DNA of 64,000 bases from an uncultured Chitinophaga sp. GTDB taxonomy: Bacteria > Bacteroidota > Bacteroidia > NS11-12g > UBA955. Positions 57,384 to 64,000 of this stretch are shown here, piece by piece; the first letter of the stretch is position 1; the number at the start of each line of letters is the position of its first letter. The notes beneath the pieces are model-generated. The model searched no databases, was not told the DNA's origin, and was given only the letters and a program-made list of their open reading frames with translations. The DNA is taken from contig CAZDGF010000009.1 in NCBI GenBank assembly GCA_964505065.1, forward strand, positions 1,226-65,225, written 5' to 3'. The position numbers were made by a program, and so were the translations under genes.

Positions 57384-57653
57384 TTACCAGCTTGCTTTGG
57401 TTACACCTGGTATTTTTCCGTGCGATGCTAATTCTCTAAACTGATTTCTGCATATACCAAATACACGCATGTAGCCTCTTGGGCGACCAGTTAATTTACA
57501 TCTGTTGCGCAAACGCACCGCAGACGAACTGTGAGGTAATTTTTGAAGACCTATTAAATCTCCAGCATCTTTTAATGCTTTACGTCTGTCTGCGTACTTA
57601 GCTATCATTCTTTCTCTTTTAAGTTCGCGCGCTTTTATTGCTTCTCTTGCCAT
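57384..57653 (-). CDS. rpsN: 30S ribosomal protein S14 (long form)
   Basis: [41 protein letters not shown]. Confidence 0.95.
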   Translation of the reverse strand: MAREAIKARELKRERMIAKYADRRKALKDAGDLIGLQKLPHSSSAVRLRNRCKLTGRPRGYMRVFGICRNQFRELASHGKIPGVTKASW

Positions 57654-57662
57654 GGGTTATTT

Positions 57663-58214
57663 TTAGTTCTTTTTAAATGGTAAACCAAATGATTTTAATA
57701 ATTCTAAACACTCTTCGTCTGTTTTAGCTGTGGTAACAAAGGTAATATCCATACCAGATATACGGTTTGTTTTGTCAATATCTATTTCAGGAAAAATAAT
57801 TTGCTCTGTAATACCCATTGTAAAATTTCCTCTGCCATCAAAACCTTTTACGGCTAAACCTTGAAAATCTCTTACACGTGGTAATGCTATTGAAATTAAA
57901 CGTTGTAAAAATTCATACATGCCATTTTTACGTAGTGTAACTCTTGCTCCTATTGGCATTTTTGCTCTTAATTTGAAATTACTAATATCTTTACGAGAAT
58001 ATGTAGCTTGTGCTTTCTGACCAGATATTCTTGTCATTTCATCAACGGCTGCATCAATTAATTTTTTATCATTAACTGCTATACCAACGCCTTGGTTAAG
58101 ACATATTTTTTCAAGTACTGGTATTTCCATAACATTTTTGTAAGCAAATTTTGCTTGCATGTGTGGAACTACTACTTCTGTATATTTTGTTTTTAAATTC
58201 GGTGTGTACGACAT
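57663..58214 (-). CDS. rplE: 50S ribosomal protein L5
   Basis: [18 protein letters not shown]...RDFQGL...[11 protein letters not shown]. Confidence 0.95.
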   Translation of the reverse strand: MSYTPNLKTKYTEVVVPHMQAKFAYKNVMEIPVLEKICLNQGVGIAVNDKKLIDAAVDEMTRISGQKAQATYSRKDISNFKLRAKMPIGARVTLRKNGMYEFLQRLISIALPRVRDFQGLAVKGFDGRGNFTMGITEQIIFPEIDIDKTNRISGMDITFVTTAKTDEECLELLKSFGLPFKKN

Positions 58215-58225
58215 TTCTTTACTTT

Positions 58226-58573
58226 TTATTTGATAAACTCTCCAGTTTTTACTGAATATCTTTGTAATTTACCTTTTTCATTTTCTTTTCTGCCCACTCT
58301 TGTTGGCTTTCCATTATCTAAAACCATTAAGTTAGAAATATGAATAGGTGCTTCTTTTTTAATGATACCACCATTTGGGTGTGTAGCATTTGGTTTTGTA
58401 TGGCGAGAGATTAAATTTAAACCTTCCACTATAGCACGGTAGGTTTTAGGGTAAACTCTTAATACTTTACCTGTATTATTGTTGTCTTCAAATTTGCCAG
58501 CCAATACTTTAACTGTATCGCCTTTTTTAATGTGAATTTTACTTGTTTCGTGTGAATTGTTTCTTACTTTCAT
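58226..58573 (-). CDS. rplX: 50S ribosomal protein L24
   Basis: [13 protein letters not shown] (KOW motif)...ISNLMVLD. Confidence 0.95.
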   Translation of the reverse strand: MKVRNNSHETSKIHIKKGDTVKVLAGKFEDNNNTGKVLRVYPKTYRAIVEGLNLISRHTKPNATHPNGGIIKKEAPIHISNLMVLDNGKPTRVGRKENEKGKLQRYSVKTGEFIK

Positions 58574-58578
58574 AATTC

Positions 58579-58947
58579 TTATAATACTTCTGGTGCTAAT
58601 GAAACGATTTTCATAAATTGTTTTTCTCTAAGTTCACGAGCTACTGGTCCAAAGATACGTGTACCTCTTGGTTCGTCATTTGCATTTAATAAAACACATG
58701 AGTTTTCATCAAAGCGAATGTAAGAGCCATCTGGTCTTCTAATTTCTTTTTTCACTCTTACAATTACTGCTTTAGAAACAGTACCTGCTTTTACACCACC
58801 AGATGGCAATGCTGATTTTATAGCAACTACAATTTTATCGCCTATTGAAGCGTAACGTCTTTTTGTTCCACCCAATACACGTATGCAAAGTACTTCTTTT
58901 GCTCCGCTATTATCTGCTACTTTTAAACGACTTTCGGTTTGTATCAT
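58579..58947 (-). CDS. rplN: 50S ribosomal protein L14
   Basis: [27 protein letters not shown]. Confidence 0.95.
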   Translation of the reverse strand: MIQTESRLKVADNSGAKEVLCIRVLGGTKRRYASIGDKIVVAIKSALPSGGVKAGTVSKAVIVRVKKEIRRPDGSYIRFDENSCVLLNANDEPRGTRIFGPVARELREKQFMKIVSLAPEVL

Positions 58948-58950
58948 TTC

Positions 58951-59211
58951 TTATTTTGCTTTTTCTATAATTTCTACAAGTCTCCAGCATTTTAATTTGC
59001 TTAAAGGTCTTGTTTCCATAATTTTTACTATATCGTTAGTTGCACACTCATTTTTTTCATCGTGAGCATAAAACTTTTTGGTTTTCTTAAAGTATTTACC
59101 ATATTTAGGGTGTTTTACTTTTGTTTCCATAGCTACAACAATAGATTTGTTCATAGCACTACTGGTAACTTTACCAATTATTTCTTTTCTTGAATTTCTA
59201 GCTTGTTCCAT
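58951..59211 (-). CDS. rpsQ: 30S ribosomal protein S17
   Basis: [27 protein letters not shown]...YAHDE. Confidence 0.95.
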   Translation of the reverse strand: MEQARNSRKEIIGKVTSSAMNKSIVVAMETKVKHPKYGKYFKKTKKFYAHDEKNECATNDIVKIMETRPLSKLKCWRLVEIIEKAK

Positions 59212-59214
59212 TTA

Positions 59215-59439
59215 TTATGATTCGCTTTTTTCTGAAGCTTTTAGTTCGTTATCAATTCTGCGGCTATTCATTTCTGTTAGCAATCTTGCAACATCTTTTC
59301 TAGCTTCTTTAATTTTGTGTGGCTGTTCTATTTTAGAAACAGCATTGTTAAACTTCACTTTTGTAAGTCTAACTTTTTCGTCTTTATATCTTGCTACCAA
59401 TTCTTTAGTAGGAAGTTCTTTTATATCCCTATTTTTCAT
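59215..59439 (-). CDS. rpmC: 50S ribosomal protein L29
   Basis: Position between rplP and rpsQ. IKELPTKELVARYKDEKVRL...KIKEARKDVARLLT. Confidence 0.9.
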   Translation of the reverse strand: MKNRDIKELPTKELVARYKDEKVRLTKVKFNNAVSKIEQPHKIKEARKDVARLLTEMNSRRIDNELKASEKSES

Positions 59440-59441
59440 CG

Positions 59442-59864
59442 TTATTCTTCTGTATAATCGGGTTTAATTACAAATCTAGTGGCTACTGGTAGTTTTTGTG
59501 CAGCTAAAGCTATACCATGTTGGGCTACTGCCAATGGCACACCTGTAACTTCAAACATAATTGTTCCAGGTTTTACAATAGCAACCCAATATTCTGGTGC
59601 TCCTTTACCTTTACCCATACGCACTTCCGCTGGTTTTTTGGTAATTGGTTTGTCTGGGAAAATACGAATCCATACTTGGCCTTCTCTTTTCATATGTCTG
59701 GTTAAAGCAACCCTAGCAGCTTCTATTTGGCGAGCTGTTATCCACGATGCTTCCATACTTTTTAAACCAAAGGTTCCATAGCTTAAGCGATGACCTCTTG
59801 TAGCCAATCCTTTAACTTTGCCTTTATGTTGTTTTCTAAATTTGGTTCTTTTTGGACTTAACAT
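59442..59864 (-). CDS. rplP: 50S ribosomal protein L16
   Basis: [15 protein letters not shown]...[14 protein letters not shown]. Confidence 0.95.
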   Translation of the reverse strand: MLSPKRTKFRKQHKGKVKGLATRGHRLSYGTFGLKSMEASWITARQIEAARVALTRHMKREGQVWIRIFPDKPITKKPAEVRMGKGKGAPEYWVAIVKPGTIMFEVTGVPLAVAQHGIALAAQKLPVATRFVIKPDYTEE

Positions 59865-59890
59865 GTCAATTTCTTCCTAATTAATTATTA

Positions 59891-60706
59891 TTATTTTCTT
59901 GGACCTCTTCTATCTGCTCCACCTCTATTATCTCCACTTGGTCTATCTCCGCCTGTGCGTCTTCTATCATTCCCACCTGGACCTCTTGGGCCACCTCTTC
60001 TATCGCCTCCTCTATCATTGTTTCCACCTCTTTCTTCTCTTGGTGCTCTATCTGAACCTGCATTTAAAGATAAATCACGTTTACCGTATATCTCTCCTCT
60101 GCATATCCATACTTTTACACCTATTTTACCATATACTGTTAAGGCTTCGCCTAATGCGTAGTCAATATCAGAACGTAATGTATGTAAAGGTGTTCTTCCT
60201 TCTTTGTATTTTTCTGAACGGGCTATTTCAGCTCCATTTAATCTACCAGAAACACAAACTTTAATACCAGCAGCACCCATTCTCATGGTATTACCTAATG
60301 CTTGTTTTAAAGCTCTTTTATAACTAACTCTACCTTCAATTTGTTGGCAGATAGTTTCAGCAACTAATTTAGCATCTAATTCAGGACGTTTTATTTCATA
60401 AATATTGATTTGAACATCTTTTTTAGTTATCTTTTTTAGTTCTTCTTTAATTTTATCAACCTCTGCACCACCTTTACCTATTACAATACCAGGTTTAGCT
60501 GTATGAATGGTAATGATAATACGTTTGATGGTTCTTTCAATTACAATTTTTGACATTCCACCACGAGGAATACGTACGAATAAATATTTTCTAATTTTTT
60601 CGTCTTCAACCAGTTTTTCAGCAAAATTTTTGCCACCATACCAGTTGCTCTCCCATCCTCTGATGATACCAAGTCTTAACGCTATCGGATTTATCTTTTG
60701 TCCCAT
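59891..60706 (-). CDS. rpsC: 30S ribosomal protein S3 with Arg/Gly/Asp-rich C-terminal extension
   Basis: [23 protein letters not shown]...[10 protein letters not shown] (KH). The tail is ...[46 protein letters not shown]. Confidence 0.95.
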   Translation of the reverse strand: MGQKINPIALRLGIIRGWESNWYGGKNFAEKLVEDEKIRKYLFVRIPRGGMSKIVIERTIKRIIITIHTAKPGIVIGKGGAEVDKIKEELKKITKKDVQINIYEIKRPELDAKLVAETICQQIEGRVSYKRALKQALGNTMRMGAAGIKVCVSGRLNGAEIARSEKYKEGRTPLHTLRSDIDYALGEALTVYGKIGVKVWICRGEIYGKRDLSLNAGSDRAPREERGGNNDRGGDRRGGPRGPGGNDRRRTGGDRPSGDNRGGADRRGPRK

Positions 60707-60712
60707 TAATTA

Positions 60713-61087
60713 TTATGCTTCGGCTTTATTATTTTCTTGTTTTGTAATGCTATTAACTTTAATTGTAACGTGGTTATAACGTTTTCTAATTCTATAAGCA
60801 CGTCCTTGTGGGGCTGTTCTCATACGTTTAGCTACAAATGCAGCATCTACAAATACTGACGATACAACTAAATTGTTTTCATCATCATTGCTACTTTCAT
60901 TTTTTTGTTTCCAGTTACTAATGGCTGATTTAAGTAGTTTTTCTACATAAATAGCATAATATCTGCGTTGGCTAAATTGTAGAATGCTTAATGCTTTATC
61001 TACTTTTACACCACGTATTTGGTCAACTACCAATCTCATTTTACGAGGTGATAATGGACAATTTCTTAATACTGCTACTGCTTCCAT
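60713..61087 (-). CDS. rplV: 50S ribosomal protein L22
   Basis: MEAVAVLRNCPLSPRKMRLVVDQIRG. The ATG at 61087 lies 1 nt after the rpsS stop. The track start at 61132 would overlap rpsS. Confidence 0.93.
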   Translation of the reverse strand: MEAVAVLRNCPLSPRKMRLVVDQIRGVKVDKALSILQFSQRRYYAIYVEKLLKSAISNWKQKNESSNDDENNLVVSSVFVDAAFVAKRMRTAPQGRAYRIRKRYNHVTIKVNSITKQENNKAEA

Positions 61088-61088
61088 T

Positions 61089-61352
61089 TTATTTATTTCC
61101 TCCATGACCTTTAAAAGTTCTAGTTGGGGCAAATTCGCCTAATTTATGACCTACCATATTTTCTGTTACATACACTGGTATAAATTTATTACCATTATGT
61201 ACAGCAAAAGTATGTCCTACAAAATCTGGAGAAATCATTGATTTTCTGCTCCAAGTTTTAATTACTGCTTTCTTTTTGGTTTCATTCATGATTGTAACTT
61301 TTTCATCAAGTTTCCAATCAATAAAAGGACCTTTTTTTAGTGATCTAGCCAT
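61089..61352 (-). CDS. rpsS: 30S ribosomal protein S19
   Basis: [12 protein letters not shown]...[27 protein letters not shown]. Confidence 0.95.
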   Translation of the reverse strand: MARSLKKGPFIDWKLDEKVTIMNETKKKAVIKTWSRKSMISPDFVGHTFAVHNGNKFIPVYVTENMVGHKLGEFAPTRTFKGHGGNK

Positions 61353-62188
61353 TATTTATTTCTTACTCCTTTTCTACGTTCTATGATATGTTTGCTTGAG
61401 GCTTTTTTAGGGTCTCTTGTTTTTTGTCCTTGACTGTATATACCAGTTCTTGAGCGTGGTTGTCCTCCTTTAGAGCGACCTTCGCCACCACCCATTGGAT
61501 GGTCTACAGGATTCATTGCTGCTGGGCGTGTACGTGGGCGTCTGCCTAACCATCTGCTTCTTCCAGCTTTACCTTTTACCTCTAAGCTATGGTCGGGGTT
61601 TGATACCGAACCAATAGTAGCAAAGCAAGTAGCAAGTATCATACGGGTTTCGCCCGAAGGTAACTTTACTACAACGTATTTACCATCTTTTGCTGAAAGC
61701 TGAGCGTAAGAACCTGCACTTCTGCAAATTTTTGCACCTTGCCCTGGTTGCATTTCTATATTGTGAATGATAGAACCCAAAGGTATTTCAGATAATGGTA
61801 ATGTATTACCTAATTCTGGAACAGAACCAGCTCCTGAAGATATTTTTTGTCCTACTTTTAATCCATTAGGGCAAATAATGTATCTTTTTTCGCCATCAGC
61901 ATATTCTACCAATGCTATGAAAGCGGTACGGTTTGGATCGTATTCCACAGTTTTCACTTCGGCTGCAACACCTTGTTTATCTCTGCGAAAATCAATAATT
62001 CTATACTTTCTTTTATGTCCACCGCCAATATAGCGCATGGTCATTTTTCCTTGATTGTTACGTCCACCACTTTTATGAATACTTTCTGTTAAGCTTTTTT
62101 CAGGTTTTGAAGCTGTAAGCTCAGCAAAAGTATTTGCTACTCTAAAACGAGTGCCGGGTGTAATCGGTCTAAGTCTTTTAACTGCCAT
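61352..62188 (-). CDS. rplB: 50S ribosomal protein L2
   Basis: [13 protein letters not shown]...[14 protein letters not shown]. Confidence 0.95.
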   Translation of the reverse strand: MAVKRLRPITPGTRFRVANTFAELTASKPEKSLTESIHKSGGRNNQGKMTMRYIGGGHKRKYRIIDFRRDKQGVAAEVKTVEYDPNRTAFIALVEYADGEKRYIICPNGLKVGQKISSGAGSVPELGNTLPLSEIPLGSIIHNIEMQPGQGAKICRSAGSYAQLSAKDGKYVVVKLPSGETRMILATCFATIGSVSNPDHSLEVKGKAGRSRWLGRRPRTRPAAMNPVDHPMGGGEGRSKGGQPRSRTGIYSQGQKTRDPKKASSKHIIERRKGVRNK

Positions 62189-62193
62189 TTTCT

Positions 62194-62481
62194 TTAAATA
62201 TTTGCGTAGAAGTCAATTGCTTGACCGTCTTTTAATCTACAAATTGCTTTTTTATAAATGTTTGTTCTGCCTGTGGTTTGTCCTGTACGTCTGTTTCTTT
62301 TACGTTTTGGCGCTATTACACTGGTGTTTATCCATTCCACTTCTACTCCGTAAATTTTTTCAATTTCGGCTTTAATTTCAATTTTTGATGCTGCACGTTG
62401 ACAAACAAATCCATATTGTTGTCTTTTGTCAGTCAACATTGTCATTTTTTCTGTAATTAGTGGTTTTATTAATACTGACAT
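62194..62481 (-). CDS. rplW: 50S ribosomal protein L23
   Basis: [11 protein letters not shown]... Position between rplD and rplB. Confidence 0.93.
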   Translation of the reverse strand: MSVLIKPLITEKMTMLTDKRQQYGFVCQRAASKIEIKAEIEKIYGVEVEWINTSVIAPKRKRNRRTGQTTGRTNIYKKAICRLKDGQAIDFYANI

Positions 62482-62485
62482 ATTC

Positions 62486-63115
62486 TTAATAATTCAATGT
62501 TTCTTTAATGATATCTATACTTCCATCTACTAATACTAAAGTTTTAGCTTTAAGAATATGGTAAGTGTTAATTTCTGCTGCTGGTAATGTATGTGCTTTA
62601 GGTAAATTTCTTCCGCTTAAGTACACATTTTTATTCATTTCTGGTGTTACAAATAATACTCTTTGGTCGTTAATTTTAAGATTATTAAGTACAGTTGTAA
62701 ATTCTTTTGTATTCGGCTTTTCAAAGTTTAAGCTATCTAAAACAATAATGTTTTGGTTAGAAGCTTTGTGTGATAAAGCAGATATACGGGCAACTTTTTT
62801 TAATTTTTTATTTAATTTAAAACTGTAATCTCTTGGTTGTGGACCATGAATTCTACCACCACCAACAAATACACCCGATTTGATACTACCTGCACGAGCA
62901 CCACCTGTACCTTTTTGTTTTTTAATTTTTCTGGTACTATAGCTTACCTCTGCTTTTACTTTTGTTTTGTGTGTACCTTGTCTTTGGTTGGCAAGATATT
63001 GCTTAACATCTAAATAAATAGCATGGTCGTTTGGTGTTGCACCAAATATTTCTGATGGTAAACTAACTGTTTTTCCAGTTTCGCTTCCGCTTGATGTAAT
63101 TACTTTAATTTCCAT
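62486..63115 (-). CDS. rplD: 50S ribosomal protein L4
   Basis: KQKGTGGARAGSIKSGVFVGGGRIHGPQPRDY. Confidence 0.95.
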   Translation of the reverse strand: MEIKVITSSGSETGKTVSLPSEIFGATPNDHAIYLDVKQYLANQRQGTHKTKVKAEVSYSTRKIKKQKGTGGARAGSIKSGVFVGGGRIHGPQPRDYSFKLNKKLKKVARISALSHKASNQNIIVLDSLNFEKPNTKEFTTVLNNLKINDQRVLFVTPEMNKNVYLSGRNLPKAHTLPAAEINTYHILKAKTLVLVDGSIDIIKETLNY

Positions 63116-63119
63116 TTCT

Positions 63120-63737
63120 TTATTTTTCTATTACTACCACTGCTCCATTATGACCTGCCAAAGCTCCTTTTATAACCAATAGGTTTTTTTCTGGAACTAC
63201 TTTTAATATTTGAGAATTAATAGATTTAACTCTTTTTCCACCCATTCTGCCTGCCATTCTTATACCTTTAAATACTTTTGAAGGATAAGAAGATGCACCC
63301 ACAGAACCTGGCGCTCTTTGTCTATCATGCTGACCATGCGTTGCAGGACCAACACCATTAAAGCCGTGTCTTTTAACAACACCTTGAAAACCTTTACCTT
63401 TTGAAGTTCCTATGATATCTACAAAATCGCCTTCGGCAAATATGGTAACATCTACTTTATCACCTAAAGAACCTTGAATATTATCTACTTTAAACTCGTG
63501 AGAATAAGACATTGGTTTTGCATTTGCTTTTGCAAAATGTCCTATTGCTGGAGCGTTAGAATGTTTTTCTTTAACCTCTAAAGCAGAAATTTGTAGGGCA
63601 TTATATCCCTCTTTTTCCTCAGTTTTAACTTGAGAAATAACATTAGGCTCGGCCAAAACAACTGTACAAGCTATTTTTGCTCCATTAGCACTTATAATGC
63701 TAGTCATTCCTATTTTTTTTCCTATTAATCCTACCAT
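63120..63737 (-). CDS. rplC: 50S ribosomal protein L3
   Basis: [13 protein letters not shown]...[17 protein letters not shown]. Confidence 0.95.
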   Translation of the reverse strand: MVGLIGKKIGMTSIISANGAKIACTVVLAEPNVISQVKTEEKEGYNALQISALEVKEKHSNAPAIGHFAKANAKPMSYSHEFKVDNIQGSLGDKVDVTIFAEGDFVDIIGTSKGKGFQGVVKRHGFNGVGPATHGQHDRQRAPGSVGASSYPSKVFKGIRMAGRMGGKRVKSINSQILKVVPEKNLLVIKGALAGHNGAVVVIEK

Positions 63738-63742
63738 TTCTT

Positions 63743-64000
63743 TTAAACTTTAATTTCTACATCTACACCACTTGGAAGTTCTAATTTCATTAACGCTTCA
63801 ACAGTTTTGGCTGTAGAGCTATGAATATCTAACAGACGTTTGTATGAGCACAATTGAAATTGTTCTCTCGCCTTTTTGTTTACGTGTGGAGAACGTAAAA
63901 CTGTAAATATTTTTTTGTTGGTTGGCAAAGGTATTGGACCGCTTACTACGGCACCAGTTGCTTTTACCGATTTCACAATCTTTTCTGCTGATTTATCAAT
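63743..64000 (-). CDS. rpsJ: 30S ribosomal protein S10 (5' end outside window)
   Basis: [30 protein letters not shown]. The frame stays open upstream of the track start to base 64000 ([17 protein letters not shown]...). Confidence 0.93.
   Translation of the reverse strand: MDKSAEKIVKSVKATGAVVSGPIPLPTNKKIFTVLRSPHVNKKAREQFQLCSYKRLLDIHSSTAKTVEALMKLELPSGVDVEIKV

Noticed and set aside
59881-60264. Glu/Val/Gln-rich 60-aa ORF (59881..60063) and His/Leu-rich ORFs (59899..60264, 59955..60161) over the 3' end of rpsC.
   Set aside because: These are alternative or opposite-frame readings of the repetitive DNA encoding the Arg/Gly-rich S3 tail. There are no independent start signals and no plausible protein features.
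50080-64000. Absence of adk and map between secY and infA as an anomaly of the ribosomal super-operon.
   Set aside because: As far as I recall, a direct secY-infA junction occurs in several Bacteroidota lineages. The 39-bp secY-infA spacer shows no relic. I treat it as lineage-typical gene order.

Overview
Visibly AT-rich bacterial chromosomal segment with Bacteroidota hallmarks: a PorQ-like T9SS protein, a cargo with a T9SS C-terminal sorting domain, a DUF4271-hemD gene pair, many lipoprotein or secreted hypotheticals, and an Arg/Gly-rich tail on ribosomal protein S3.

Layout:
- 1-50 kb is a mosaic of housekeeping and metabolic genes mixed with accessory genes. The housekeeping genes include maeB, nadK, hmgA, HMG-CoA lyase, an acyl-CoA carboxyltransferase, an APC permease, a DAACS symporter and pbpC.
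- 50-64 kb is one uninterrupted S10-spc-alpha ribosomal super-operon on the minus strand (rpsJ to rplQ). It includes two short genes absent from the ORF track, rpmJ and rpmD.
- A 651-codon sensor histidine kinase at the left edge (1-1955, minus) is also absent from the track, because its stop lies outside the window.

Most interesting observations:
1. A locus at 41.0-46.4 kb encodes a membrane-tethered TPR/LuxR-type one-component regulator, a small T9SS-CTD cargo, and an 871-aa tail-fibre-like protein with a C-terminal S74-type intramolecular-chaperone domain. In front of the cargo gene are four CGTTACA-type boxes spaced exactly 11 bp apart.
2. A 145-bp MITE-like element with about 17-bp terminal inverted repeats and internal hairpins occurs three times (21676-21820, 40859-41003, 49876-50020). 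Each pair of copies differs at 4 of 145 positions, and two copies have perfect 5-bp flanking duplications.
3. Two convergent decayed genes, each with one in-frame stop, flank MITE copy 1.
4. A 35-bp perfect palindrome lies in the divergent AAA-ATPase/maeB promoter region.
5. An ars-like operon (arsR, DUF6428, metallophosphoesterase, DUF2490-like, micro-ORF, arsC) has no arsenite efflux gene in view.
6. A lower-GC AlbA_2/Schlafen-like ATPase gene is bracketed by GC-rich hairpin relics.

I saw no rRNA, tRNA, CRISPR array, integrase or transposase. All functional calls come from motif recognition by eye and need database confirmation.
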